Positions 45,697 to 55,630 of a stretch of 64,000 nt of DNA are shown here, one piece after another. The position numbers and the translations under genes are program-made. Each line of letters opens with the position of its first letter. The first letter of the stretch is position 1. The notes under the pieces are model-generated. The model ran no database searches. It was not told the origin of the DNA and saw only the letters and a list, made by a program, of their open reading frames with translations. The stretch is from the IMG/VR virus record IMGVR_UViG_3300027759_000046, positions 189,138 through 253,137 of that record. The stretch is one strand, 5' to 3'.

Positions 45697-47715
45697 TTAA
45701 ACTCTAATTTTAATTCCTTGGCCGACTAGGGCATCATATATTGCATGTAGATAATATTCAGATAAGCCGGATCCAGCATTTGCTTCCTGATTTTTTGTTT
45801 CATCAGTATTTTTAGCAGGATCAGACTGGTTTGCGGTAGGATTAACTGAATTTGAATTATTTACTGTGCTTAAATTTGAATTATTTACTGTGCTAGACTC
45901 TGCAGTTTTAATATTTGAAACTGCTTTATTAATTTCGGTTGCGGTACTTGCAGAAGTTTGAATGATTGTTTTTCCGAGTTGAGCAACTGCCGCTTCCGTT
46001 TTATTGGGAGGGTTAATGATATTGTTTGCCTGATCTCCCTTAAGTAAAGTTTTTGATTCGGTTTTTACTAGATCAGCAGTCGGTGATTTCGTCTCAGTTT
46101 TAGTTGGCTGATCTGCAGAGTCGTCTTTATCAATTTCAGGAGATTCAGCTGTATCAGTTTTGCCAGCAACAACGTCTGACGGCTTTCCAATAGTGACAGT
46201 AGATTCCTTTTTCTTGAGTTCAGCCTCTTCTAGTATTCTCTTGCTCTTCTCAAGCTTCTCTTCCCTAGTCTTGGTCTTCTTCTCCTCAGTCTCCATCTTA
46301 AATTTTCTACGTTCTCCATTGAGAACCGCAATAATATCAGGTAAAGTTCCAGGATCTTTAGCAAAGGCTTGAGCCATTTGAACCTGTTTGGCCTCATCAA
46401 GTTTAAGAAGTTCGGTTCTATATTTTAAACTTTCTTTCCAGTTTGCACCCTGTAGACTTATGTACAGTTGGCTTCTAGCAGCCTCATTTGATAATGGTTT
46501 AACGCTAGCAGCAGACAACACGTCTGAGCCAGTCGATGGCTGTATAGAATTATTGACTGTGGTATTTTGAACAGACGACTGATTTGTTACGTTCTGCGCA
46601 ATTTGATCACCAACTTGGGTATTTGAGGTTTGATTCGTTTGATTTTCAACCTTAGGGGCTACAGGTTTGTCAGAAGTACTTTGGTTTTCTGGAAGTTTAG
46701 GTTGGTTCGTTTGAGTAGTAACCGCAACTTCTGGAGAAGTTTCCTCAACTTGAGCCTCAGCGATTCCTTCTGTGTTTAAGCCGGTATTTTTAACAGTAGG
46801 TTCAGATGAACTGGCCGGTGCAGCTTTTGCTGATTGAGTAGACAATACGTTACCAGGAGTCGGTTGAGCGGGCGCACCGGATTTCTCAACGAGACTTAGT
46901 AAAGTTTGACTAGGTTTAAGTTCAGAATATGCAGCGGACTCAAATATAAAGCGGTTTTCAAATTCAATAATAAATTCGATAACCGGAAAGTTATTTGCTT
47001 TTAGCGCAGAATTGTCAACTCCTTTTTTAGAAGTAGTCCCCTGTTCCATTAATACTTTAATGTGATTTACAACAGACTTATCTGCGATTAATTTTTTAAC
47101 CTTTGCTACGGTTGCCCCATTCTTTGAATATAAGGGCTCTCCTTTATAGAAGTCAAGTAACCAACCTGTTACCTGATTATACATTGAATTAAAGTGATCA
47201 GTTAAAACTGAATCATCTAGTTTGACTGTTGAATTATTAACTGATTGCCATTTTACATGGGAATTTATTGCTAGCGAGTATATGGATTTGACAATAATTG
47301 GTGAATCTTCCAATAAATGAAATAGATCTTCTCTAAGCTTATTGAACAGGTCAACTGAATCTATGCTGGATCCACCTTGTATAAACTTGAATGAAGGATT
47401 TCCAGCAAGAACGTTAAAGTAGCTTCTAACACTTTTTGAGTCTGACGCAGTTAACACGCTAGTGGGAGGTATGTCTTTCCATTTTGAAGTTGCATACCAA
47501 AAACCTCCTTGAGTTTTGTTAAAGTACGCATGTACAAGTTTAATCCACTGCTCTCTATGTTCAGGAGTCGATCCAAGGTAGGGAAAAATTAATTGTTCTA
47601 GGTCTTCATAGGCCTTGTCATACGCTTCTGCTCCAGCTGAGTAATCTTTATTTAGCTTAGCGGTAGCATCTCGGTATGCAGTAAGAAAGGCTGGTCTAAT
47701 TATGTAATCTGCCAA
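45697..47715 (-). CDS. large low-complexity putative tail/baseplate protein
   Basis: 672 aa; AATAAATAA upstream; follows the gp26/gp51-like pair. Confidence 0.5.
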   Translation of the reverse strand: MADYIIRPAFLTAYRDATAKLNKDYSAGAEAYDKAYEDLEQLIFPYLGSTPEHREQWIKLVHAYFNKTQGGFWYATSKWKDIPPTSVLTASDSKSVRSYFNVLAGNPSFKFIQGGSSIDSVDLFNKLREDLFHLLEDSPIIVKSIYSLAINSHVKWQSVNNSTVKLDDSVLTDHFNSMYNQVTGWLLDFYKGEPLYSKNGATVAKVKKLIADKSVVNHIKVLMEQGTTSKKGVDNSALKANNFPVIEFIIEFENRFIFESAAYSELKPSQTLLSLVEKSGAPAQPTPGNVLSTQSAKAAPASSSEPTVKNTGLNTEGIAEAQVEETSPEVAVTTQTNQPKLPENQSTSDKPVAPKVENQTNQTSNTQVGDQIAQNVTNQSSVQNTTVNNSIQPSTGSDVLSAASVKPLSNEAARSQLYISLQGANWKESLKYRTELLKLDEAKQVQMAQAFAKDPGTLPDIIAVLNGERRKFKMETEEKKTKTREEKLEKSKRILEEAELKKKESTVTIGKPSDVVAGKTDTAESPEIDKDDSADQPTKTETKSPTADLVKTESKTLLKGDQANNIINPPNKTEAAVAQLGKTIIQTSASTATEINKAVSNIKTAESSTVNNSNLSTVNNSNSVNPTANQSDPAKNTDETKNQEANAGSGLSEYYLHAIYDALVGQGIKIRV

Positions 47716-47758
47716 TTGTCTCGACTATTTTTGTTATTTATTAAGACCCACAACAAGG

Positions 47759-47935
47759 CTATTGATTTGCATCTCCTGGATCCAACTCGAATTTCTCGTT
47801 ATTTGTTGACCCAGAATCCTTGATTAAGAAATCTAAATATTGGCAGTATTCGTAATACGGCAATTCATATAACGTATTAAATGATTGGTTAAGCTTCACG
47901 GCAAGAATTCGGTTAATCTCAAATAAGTTCGTCAA
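47759..47935 (-). CDS. gp51-like baseplate hub assembly protein (start uncertain: TTG 47935 or frameshift)
   Basis: LTNLFEINRILAVKLNQSFNTLYELPYYEYCQYLDFL resembles T4-like gp51-type small proteins. Confidence 0.55.
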   Translation of the reverse strand: MTNLFEINRILAVKLNQSFNTLYELPYYEYCQYLDFLIKDSGSTNNEKFELDPGDANQ

Positions 47936-48923
47936 GTCCGCCTGAAATAAGGAAAAGATCTTTGACCGTGAAGCCGGACTGCGAAAAAAGAGGCGTTGAG
48001 ACCTTGTTTCCGCACTTAGGGCATTGAGTATTAACCATTGATGATCGAGCATCCTCTATCATCTCTGTGAATTTCTTAATGAATGTGAATTTATTGATAT
48101 GCCAAGCAAATGATTCTCGACTTAGATCGTTATACCGCTGTAAGTTTAAAGCTTGCCAATCTTGAACAATATAAGGAGCAACTCCAATAAATGCTTTATC
48201 TGGTGATTTGCCTGATTTCCTAGAATCTGAAATTCTTGCACGAAGTCTTTCAATTGTTCCGATAGTCGGCATATACAAGTAGAAAGTCTCTTTTAGTTTT
48301 TCTGATTTAATTTCAAAGCATTTGTATTCTGGAGAATAGTACTTCATTACCTCTGCTGGTAATTCAATAAAGTTTAGCATGTTACTCTTGATTCTGACAT
48401 CATCTATCCATCTGGTATCTGCTTCGCAACCTGTCGTACATTCAAATTTGACAAATAATGAATTTTGATCTGCTGGAAAAGTTAATTCCTGAATCATGAA
48501 GATTAATGCAAGGCGATCTAATTCAGAAATATCTCTCCAAGACAACCACGATCTGCCTCCTTTAATTTTAAAACGGCAACACTTTTCAATAATGTAATTT
48601 AACTTATCATCAATGTCTAGCATATCGCCATCATCAATTGTTGACCACTGTCTAATTTCAGAAACGGTTGCGGCTTTAATTGTGATCTCAGCATCTTCTG
48701 GATAAAATAGTCCTTGGGATGGAAGGTTCTCTAGCGGAACGTTTTTCCAAAAAAGATCATTAGGTCCTCCAATTGTTGATTCGAGCATTGGAGTTAGGGC
48801 TTTGCCTAGAGAGATTGGTTTCTCTTCGGTTGTAGGCGGAACGTCGGTGTTTAATCCGTAGGCTTTATCCTGCTCTTCTAAGAAGTCAGCAGCTTCATCT
48901 AGGACTTTATCCTTCTCTATCAT
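47919..48923 (-). CDS. gp26-like baseplate hub/tail assembly protein
   Basis: LPSQGLFY, DRLALIFMIQELT and C-terminal CPKCG. Confidence 0.7.
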   Translation of the reverse strand: MIEKDKVLDEAADFLEEQDKAYGLNTDVPPTTEEKPISLGKALTPMLESTIGGPNDLFWKNVPLENLPSQGLFYPEDAEITIKAATVSEIRQWSTIDDGDMLDIDDKLNYIIEKCCRFKIKGGRSWLSWRDISELDRLALIFMIQELTFPADQNSLFVKFECTTGCEADTRWIDDVRIKSNMLNFIELPAEVMKYYSPEYKCFEIKSEKLKETFYLYMPTIGTIERLRARISDSRKSGKSPDKAFIGVAPYIVQDWQALNLQRYNDLSRESFAWHINKFTFIKKFTEMIEDARSSMVNTQCPKCGNKVSTPLFSQSGFTVKDLFLISGGLDELI

Positions 48924-48945
48924 TTTTACTAAAGTGTTTAGTTAA

Positions 48946-49398
48946 TTATATCACGAACTCTAGGAAGGTTTTCGCTAGATGTGACTTGGACTCGTTTAGG
49001 CGATTTAGAGTTTCAGGATAGACTTCAATAGTCTTTAGAGTTTTAGGATCTCTAATGAATGCTCTAATTGTTTTAGTTTGCTTATCGATCTTTAGGGATT
49101 CGAAATTGCCTATTACGACTTGTGGATTTTTATCCTTGGTAGCAAAAGTTGAATTTACCTTTACTCCGCTTATTCTTGAACCCTTCTTAAATTGACGATT
49201 CATGGCTTTTATCTCTTCTTCAAATTCGTCAATTTCAACCTGAGCAGGTCTAGAAAGATCAGATAGAGGCAACAGCTTTATTGCAATACCATTACTAAAC
49301 GGCGATTTAGACGCAACGAAATTAAAGTCAGCCTTTCCGTAAAAAGGTAGACCTTGCATTGCCTGCTGTCTTTGGCCGAATGTTAGTACTGGTGTCAT
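48946..49398 (-). CDS. hypothetical protein
   Basis: late-cluster ORF; C-terminal LNESKSHLAKTFLEFVI. Confidence 0.55.
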   Translation of the reverse strand: MTPVLTFGQRQQAMQGLPFYGKADFNFVASKSPFSNGIAIKLLPLSDLSRPAQVEIDEFEEEIKAMNRQFKKGSRISGVKVNSTFATKDKNPQVVIGNFESLKIDKQTKTIRAFIRDPKTLKTIEVYPETLNRLNESKSHLAKTFLEFVI

Positions 49399-49399
49399 A

Positions 49400-49717
49400 T
49401 TAAACTACGCCTGGAGTATTTGTTGTGCCCAATAAGGTAACGTTTCCAGATACTGATATTTTTGCAATTCTTGCGTAAAATGTTGAACCTTTAAGTAGGT
49501 GAACTGTTACTCCTGCTCCTGAGGTTCCTTGATCAACTGACCAAATGGTAACGTCTTGTGCGGTAGTTGGATTGTGAACTCCAAAATAGTTTGGCGTCCA
49601 AGTTCCAATTGAGCCAGTCGCTGACCCGAAACCTGACCCGTCTGTGAATGTTGGCGTGTAGTTGTTTGCATTATCACTACTCGTGTGAGTTCTTAAATAT
49701 CTTGCGATTGGTGTCAT
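49400..49717 (-). CDS. small beta-rich putative structural protein
   Basis: Thr/Gly/Ser-rich 105-aa ORF. Confidence 0.5.
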   Translation of the reverse strand: MTPIARYLRTHTSSDNANNYTPTFTDGSGFGSATGSIGTWTPNYFGVHNPTTAQDVTIWSVDQGTSGAGVTVHLLKGSTFYARIAKISVSGNVTLLGTTNTPGVV

Positions 49718-49731
49718 TCTATTTTATATTT

Positions 49732-50412
49732 TTAACAAGCGCAATCGCTTGGGTCATTATTACTTTTTGTGTAGATAATCATACCTGTAACTTTAATACT
49801 GAAGTTAGCATTTGGATTGGTTATCTCTATCTTATTTATTAGACTGTTGGCATCCCTAGTTTCAGGGTTTGCGAAATGAGCAAAAAATTGGTGTAGAGGA
49901 ACTTCAAATTCTTCGTTTACTCTGTTTGTGAACTTGAGTTTACACTCATGATCAGCAGGTAGAGTATCGTCTCCGAGTTTATCTTTGATTGGATACTTTA
50001 CATATAAGATACAACCTCTAACGTAATTCTTGTCATTTTGAATAACGTGATACAACGGTGAGCTTGATGGGTCTGCGGAGTCTGATGGAATATACTCTAG
50101 TCCTTCCCCTAATGGATAATTAGATGGAGTGCCAGATGGCCCGAATGATGGAATTGAATCAGTTGCATTATCGTACACGACTAAAGTTTCTTCTCCGCAA
50201 ACTTCAAAATCTATCGAGAGACTGCTGTCTACTGGATAGATGAAATTTTCTAGTTCGCAAAAACTTGCCTCTTTTTTTGATCCATTAAAGATACTAAAGC
50301 ATCTGTCAAGAAGCTTAAGAGCCTTTTTAGTTGGATCACCTGCGCATAAGTTCGCAAAAGCATCGCTAACTCTTCTAGCTAGTGGATCATCATTATATTT
50401 AATGTACGACAT
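49732..50412 (-). CDS. hypothetical protein
   Basis: 226-aa ORF in operon. Confidence 0.55.
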   Translation of the reverse strand: MSYIKYNDDPLARRVSDAFANLCAGDPTKKALKLLDRCFSIFNGSKKEASFCELENFIYPVDSSLSIDFEVCGEETLVVYDNATDSIPSFGPSGTPSNYPLGEGLEYIPSDSADPSSSPLYHVIQNDKNYVRGCILYVKYPIKDKLGDDTLPADHECKLKFTNRVNEEFEVPLHQFFAHFANPETRDANSLINKIEITNPNANFSIKVTGMIIYTKSNNDPSDCAC

Positions 50413-50428
50413 TCATGATAGACTTTTT

Positions 50429-51205
50429 TTATGGATCGAAAGGTTTCTTTAATCCTGAGGCGCCGGCTATTGGCATTCCTCTTGCTATTAATTCGTCAAT
50501 TGATCTAGATCTATCTATTCGAGTGCCGGCTTTAGTTGTTGGCGTTTCAGCAGGTTGAGTAACGTCCAATACGATATCAAGAGCTTCGGGTTCAGAAGCC
50601 GGCTGAGGCTCTTCTACTGCCTGCTCAGGTTCTTCGTATTGATTAAATAGTTCTTGCATTGAATCAAACTCCTCAGAAATACCACCATCATCGATAATTA
50701 CATCGATTCCTGGCTCAATTGCCTGAGTAACAGCATCTGTGATCTGATCATTTACTCCAACTTTTACAGCATCTTCTGGTTTAATATAGTCGACTAGTGA
50801 TTTAATAAAGCCTAGCGCAACAATTGGTAGAATCGCTCCACTTACAATTGACAGTACTCTTTTTTGATAAATTAACTCTTCGTCAACTAGCCCAAATAAT
50901 TCGATCCAACCTTGAAAATTTTGTAGGTGAGTGAATGCATAATAGGTATTACCCATGGCTTGCATTGCAGTTAAGATAATGAAAAGGCCCCAAACGATTC
51001 CTTTATTCATTTTCTCAAGAGTTATTAATGAAGCAAGGGATGCTGCTGCTCCCACTTCAAATGCAATTGCTAAACTTATGGCTAACCACCTTGGGTTGGA
51101 CAGCTCAAAGAATTCAATTACGTGAATCGTTGAAATTACTGAAACCAGTAAATAAAGTGTAACAAAGGTACCGATTATAAAATAGCCAGTTGTCTTCTTT
51201 CCCAT
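50429..51205 (-). CDS. four-TM membrane protein with acidic tail
   Basis: four hydrophobic helices in the first ~140 aa. Confidence 0.7.
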   Translation of the reverse strand: MGKKTTGYFIIGTFVTLYLLVSVISTIHVIEFFELSNPRWLAISLAIAFEVGAAASLASLITLEKMNKGIVWGLFIILTAMQAMGNTYYAFTHLQNFQGWIELFGLVDEELIYQKRVLSIVSGAILPIVALGFIKSLVDYIKPEDAVKVGVNDQITDAVTQAIEPGIDVIIDDGGISEEFDSMQELFNQYEEPEQAVEEPQPASEPEALDIVLDVTQPAETPTTKAGTRIDRSRSIDELIARGMPIAGASGLKKPFDP

Positions 51206-51498
51206 TATTTACCTGATTCTAATTTTTTGATCTCGTTATCAATTTCGGTTTGACGATTAACATCTAGGATTTTACGATCAGTTGATTGAATCATGCGCTT
51301 TTCAGCTTTCAGACCTTCGATCTCCAAATACTTGTTAAGCTCTTTGCTTGTGCACATAGAGTCAAGTTGAGTATTTGTGATTTTCTCCTGTTTTTCAATT
51401 TTTGAAATTCGACTTGAGTTACCACATTGCTGTACAAAAATTACTAGAAGTAAACCTAGTACAATTTTATTAAAGTGTTTGTTTACAAAATTCATCAT
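51205..51498 (-). CDS. membrane-anchored small protein (lipoprotein/spanin-like candidate)
   Basis: IVLGLLLVIFVQQCG followed by a coiled coil. Confidence 0.5.
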   Translation of the reverse strand: MMNFVNKHFNKIVLGLLLVIFVQQCGNSSRISKIEKQEKITNTQLDSMCTSKELNKYLEIEGLKAEKRMIQSTDRKILDVNRQTEIDNEIKKLESGK

Positions 51499-51524
51499 TT
51501 TAAAACGTCTTTTTAGTTATTTAT

Positions 51525-52031
51525 TTATTTTCGGTGCAATAAGTTGTCAATTACCGTAGCAATTGCCTGATAATTAAGTGCTCCCTGTACGATCCAGTAG
51601 ATTAAAAACGTGGCAATTGCTGCCCATGTGATAACGTACACAGAGTCTAGCCAATTAGAGATCTTACGATATTTGATTTGAATAAGATATGCGTAATATT
51701 CTTCGGTTTTTATACGGTCAGTCTGAGCTTCGATTAATTCAGCAAGGCCAGCTGTCTCAAATGTGCTCTTCTTAAAAGAAATTGACTCGAGCACTCGGCT
51801 CTTTTCAAGCTCGAGAGTTTCCATTCCCATCATTAGGGTCTCAGGCTCAAGATTTAAAACATAATATGCACGATGGCGCATGTCTAATCGCATACCGAGC
51901 TGTTTAAGAGAACCGTTTTTCTCCAGAGTCTTCATTGTTTTTCGATAGAAATTACGATTTGCAATGTTTTTAACAATTTGCATAAACGTTTCGTAGAACG
52001 TTTTCGGATTAAGTAAGTTAAGTAGTCCCAT
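51525..52031 (-). CDS. hypothetical membrane protein
   Basis: C-terminal TM segment. Confidence 0.55.
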   Translation of the reverse strand: MGLLNLLNPKTFYETFMQIVKNIANRNFYRKTMKTLEKNGSLKQLGMRLDMRHRAYYVLNLEPETLMMGMETLELEKSRVLESISFKKSTFETAGLAELIEAQTDRIKTEEYYAYLIQIKYRKISNWLDSVYVITWAAIATFLIYWIVQGALNYQAIATVIDNLLHRK

Positions 52032-52033
52032 AA

Positions 52034-52660
52034 TTAAAAATATTGTTCTAAGTTATCTCGCATTTGAGGATTTTTTTCAAGAACTCTGTCTTTTACCATT
52101 TTACGAGCCTTTCTGATTTTGGTTTTAACGGTATTCAGGTTCATGCTGTACTTTTCAGCAATTTCGTTACCTTTCATTAAATGAATCTCCTTGTCTATTA
52201 GAATTGACTTTTCAATACAGTCAGGCAGAGCGGCCATTTCCATTTGGGTCATGTTGTACAGTGAATCTAGGTAAATCTCTTTATCGAAATTGAAAGCTGA
52301 ATCATCTTCAATTGCTGGAGGCGAAAGCATATTATCTAAACGAACGGCCCATTGCTTTTGCAATTTGTGTTTATGCAATAGAGATTCGTTCTTTGCGATT
52401 GTATAGATCCAAGTTGTGAATCTGAAATTATCGTTATACGAAGCCAATCCTTTAAATATTTTAAAGAGAGTATTATGTAGAACCTCTTCGGTTTCGTCCG
52501 GGTCATTAAAAAATTTCCAGATGAAATATTTTAATTTTGGATACATAATAGAGGCTAGTCTATTTCTATCTCTTTCGGTGTACTCGCCGGCTTTAATTTT
52601 TTCGGCAAGTGATTGCATCTCATCGTTGAGCTGTTTGTTAATTAAGTCGTATGACGTCAT
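52034..52660 (-). CDS. RNA polymerase sigma-70 factor, ECF-like
   Basis: region 2 EEVLHNTLFKIF...FTTWIYTIAKN; region 4 EIAEKYSMNLNTVKTKIRKAR. Confidence 0.92.
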   Translation of the reverse strand: MTSYDLINKQLNDEMQSLAEKIKAGEYTERDRNRLASIMYPKLKYFIWKFFNDPDETEEVLHNTLFKIFKGLASYNDNFRFTTWIYTIAKNESLLHKHKLQKQWAVRLDNMLSPPAIEDDSAFNFDKEIYLDSLYNMTQMEMAALPDCIEKSILIDKEIHLMKGNEIAEKYSMNLNTVKTKIRKARKMVKDRVLEKNPQMRDNLEQYF

Positions 52661-52671
52661 GTAGTTATTTT

Positions 52672-53394
52672 TTACTTAAAGAATTTATGATTAGGGTTTT
52701 CGTCTTTCCATTTTTCGTAGCGTTCTGTGATTTGCACCAAGATTTTATTACGAACAATATCTTCGTCTCCAAATTGATGTATTCCTATTCCATTTATACC
52801 TGTCATTAATTTGATAAAATCAGGTAAAGCTACTTTACTCTTATTGATGTCATATTGGCTTACATCTCCGCAAATTAAAGTTTTAGAATCCTTGCCCATT
52901 CGGGTTAAAAACAACATCAGTTGTTTAAAATCAGCATTCTGAGCCTCATCTAAAATCATTAAGCAATTATCAAAAGTAGCGCCTCTCATGTAGGCAAGCG
53001 GTCTAAATTCAATAACGCCAGCGCCTTCGAGCCAATTAACCAGGTTTGGATCATGTAATATTTTTACCAAATTCGATCGGTAACTTTCCATGAATGGGTC
53101 AATTTTATCCTTGATTTCACCAGGTAAGAATCCTAATTTTTCTCCAGATTCTTGAATGGGTTTAGATAGGATGATCTTTTTGATTTTGCCCGAAATATAG
53201 AGGTTTAGTGCAGCCAGACATGCTGTAAATGTTTTACTTGTCCCAGCAGGTCCATAACAAAAAGTTATGTCATTAGACAAAATTTGATTTAAGTACTTCT
53301 GTTGAGATGGTTTAAGAGTTACTGAGCGTAAATCTTTCTCTGTGATTTCAGTGACTGATTGTCGTTGTGATTTTTTAGCTGGTCTATTTGACAT
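52672..53394 (-). CDS. phoH: PhoH-family ATPase
   Basis: GPAGTSKT, LGFLPG, LAYMRGATF, DEAQN and GDVSQYD; ATG at 53394. Confidence 0.95.
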   Translation of the reverse strand: MSNRPAKKSQRQSVTEITEKDLRSVTLKPSQQKYLNQILSNDITFCYGPAGTSKTFTACLAALNLYISGKIKKIILSKPIQESGEKLGFLPGEIKDKIDPFMESYRSNLVKILHDPNLVNWLEGAGVIEFRPLAYMRGATFDNCLMILDEAQNADFKQLMLFLTRMGKDSKTLICGDVSQYDINKSKVALPDFIKLMTGINGIGIHQFGDEDIVRNKILVQITERYEKWKDENPNHKFFK

Positions 53395-53683
53395 TTCTTT
53401 TGGTTTTTTTAATTGGTGTTTGTATTTTGACTTGTAGATCTTTGCAACGTTGACATGCTTCGTAATCTTCCAGACTTTCAAATAGAGCAAGGGCCTTTTC
53501 AAGACAGTCTGGCCAATCTTCTCTATTTGCAATTACATCCAGTGCTTCTTCCATTATCTGCAACTTTTTGATGTAGATTCGTGGAGCTCCTTTTTTATGA
53601 GCACTATCTATTGCATCAACGATTTGACTAAAAATACTGTGTTTATTGTCCAGGTAATTTCGGACCTCATCTATCTTCTTCAT
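53384..53683 (-). CDS. small protein with UVR-like motif
   Basis: LEDYEACQRCKDL. Confidence 0.55.
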   Translation of the reverse strand: MKKIDEVRNYLDNKHSIFSQIVDAIDSAHKKGAPRIYIKKLQIMEEALDVIANREDWPDCLEKALALFESLEDYEACQRCKDLQVKIQTPIKKTKRNVK

Positions 53684-55630
53684 TTACGTATTTCCATAGA
53701 ATTTTTGTAAAGTCTCCTTGTAATAGTCAACGTAGCTGGAATCTGCCTGCTGTGCAGTTGACGGCCTCTTTGCTACGCCTGACTGATTTAGATTTCTTAG
53801 TGTATCAAAATCGTACTTGGAATCTTTAGCTAAATATACTTCATTTAGGAACCTTGAGTAGACTTCTGCTAAATATTCTTTTGGCTGATTGTCAAGTTCT
53901 TCATTTGCAATCTCCCAGAAGTTTGGAGACTCAAAGAACGATGATGTGTTTACGCAAGTCATCGCCAAATCGTCATTACCGCTTTGGCTGCGATATGAAC
54001 CGTTTGATGATTTACCGAATGATCCAAGTTCGTGAATTGTCTTAAATTCATTTGGCAAGATCTTATTAACTGCTGCAAGATACTTAAATCTCTCGCAGAA
54101 TTTTATCTTATTTGTCATTGTTAATTTTAGGCCAGGTTTCCAGGCTTGAGCAGATTCAGTATGCTTTGAAAAGACTAGCATGCCGTTCCAATAGGCTTCG
54201 TTTTTTGTGATTTTGTCCATCACATACTCGCCCTTATGATTTAATTCAATTAGCATCCTAACCTTGTCTGGATTAAATATGTTGAATATAATATGCTCTA
54301 GCGAATTGCAGAATTCGTTAATATCTTTTTTATTGGTTCGGAACGTTGCAACTTGCACTAGCGCAAAGATATCAGTTTCATTTTTAATAAAGTCTTTTAC
54401 CTGTTCCAACATTTTGATAGGTAGTGCAACGAACTTAAACACGTTAACTACTGAAAAGTCTCGACTCAGTCCATCGGCTGTATCTACCGAAATTACATAA
54501 TAGCTGGGATCAGCCTTAATGTCATCTGGGCTTAACTTGTTGAAGTTAGGGTGAACTGAAATTCCGTCTAATAGTTCCAATCTATCTGGAGTTTGGGACC
54601 ATTCTGGGATGACGTAGTCTGTGCGGAGATTAAAGATCTTTTTAAGATCCTTTGACGGTAATAAGAGCTTATCAGATGAGAAAAACTGTAATCCATATTC
54701 TTGATTAAAATCTTCTTCTGACCCCAAGTTTGCAATTGTCATCTTCTTCCAAGCATCATCACGACCTGGCACCTGCCACCAGTCCACTCTTAGCGGAACG
54801 TATGCGTTCTTTTGCTCGAGAGCGTCCATGTAGATTTCATAAAAACGGTTCATTCCATTTGGAGTTGAGGTTATTATAATCTTGGAATTGGATGAGGCTG
54901 AAATAGTAGGATAAATTGCTCGATAAAAGAAGTCAAGGTACGATGGATTGATGTGAGCAAACTCATCTATGTATAGTACGTGAATCGTAAAACCAATACC
55001 AGTATTTTTGGTAGTAGTACGACCAATTAAACGACACCCATTATCAAATTTCATGGACATTACGTTATTTGAAATGCAACCAGGTTTTAGGAAGAACGGT
55101 AAGTTCTCGAATACTGACTTGATTTTATCAAGTACCTCTTTGGTAGTAGACGCGATATTGGCTACCGCTAATACGTTTTTATCGGTATGGAATAGTAGGT
55201 ACCATGCAACGAATACGCCAGACATAACTGTCTTACCGATCTGACGACTTGCCATCAAGCAGTTAAAACGATTATTCTTAAACGATCTAATAATCTCTTC
55301 TTGATAGTCTCGAAGCGTGATTTGCTGAATTCCCTCTTCTGTCATTACCTGCGCGTACTTGCTAGCAAAATAAACTGGATCAGCTTTACATCGCTTAATC
55401 TCGTCTATCTCTTCTGGCGTGTATTCGAAAACGATATTCGCTTTCTTCCAGACAGGATCATTATCTTTAAATGGGGAATTCTTGATTGTCTTAACGTCAA
55501 TTAAGCCGTTTTCGAAATCTTCAAGTAGTTGGTCTACTTTGGCTGTCGTCCAGATTGCGTTATTCTCTTGATCAAGATTTGATAGCTTAATCCTAGAGGA
55601 CCCGCCTGCGTTTGTTAGAAAATCTTTCAT
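53684..55630 (-). CDS. terminase large subunit (T4 gp17-like)
   Basis: LRDYQ, SRQIGKT, YIDEFA, TSTPNG, FNQEY, VDTADG and GNDDLAM. Confidence 0.96.
   Translation of the reverse strand: MKDFLTNAGGSSRIKLSNLDQENNAIWTTAKVDQLLEDFENGLIDVKTIKNSPFKDNDPVWKKANIVFEYTPEEIDEIKRCKADPVYFASKYAQVMTEEGIQQITLRDYQEEIIRSFKNNRFNCLMASRQIGKTVMSGVFVAWYLLFHTDKNVLAVANIASTTKEVLDKIKSVFENLPFFLKPGCISNNVMSMKFDNGCRLIGRTTTKNTGIGFTIHVLYIDEFAHINPSYLDFFYRAIYPTISASSNSKIIITSTPNGMNRFYEIYMDALEQKNAYVPLRVDWWQVPGRDDAWKKMTIANLGSEEDFNQEYGLQFFSSDKLLLPSKDLKKIFNLRTDYVIPEWSQTPDRLELLDGISVHPNFNKLSPDDIKADPSYYVISVDTADGLSRDFSVVNVFKFVALPIKMLEQVKDFIKNETDIFALVQVATFRTNKKDINEFCNSLEHIIFNIFNPDKVRMLIELNHKGEYVMDKITKNEAYWNGMLVFSKHTESAQAWKPGLKLTMTNKIKFCERFKYLAAVNKILPNEFKTIHELGSFGKSSNGSYRSQSGNDDLAMTCVNTSSFFESPNFWEIANEELDNQPKEYLAEVYSRFLNEVYLAKDSKYDFDTLRNLNQSGVAKRPSTAQQADSSYVDYYKETLQKFYGNT

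Noticed and set aside
52672-53532. ORF-track upstream starts for phoH (53532), HDAC (10055), uvsE (27097), 6710, 7096 and 58820
   Set aside because: Downstream ATGs fit the promoter motifs, leader peptides or non-overlap better, so coordinates were adjusted.
53684-55630. Intein or intron in the large terminase
   Set aside because: The ORF is continuous and of ordinary size, with no intein C...HN boundaries or homing endonuclease motifs seen.
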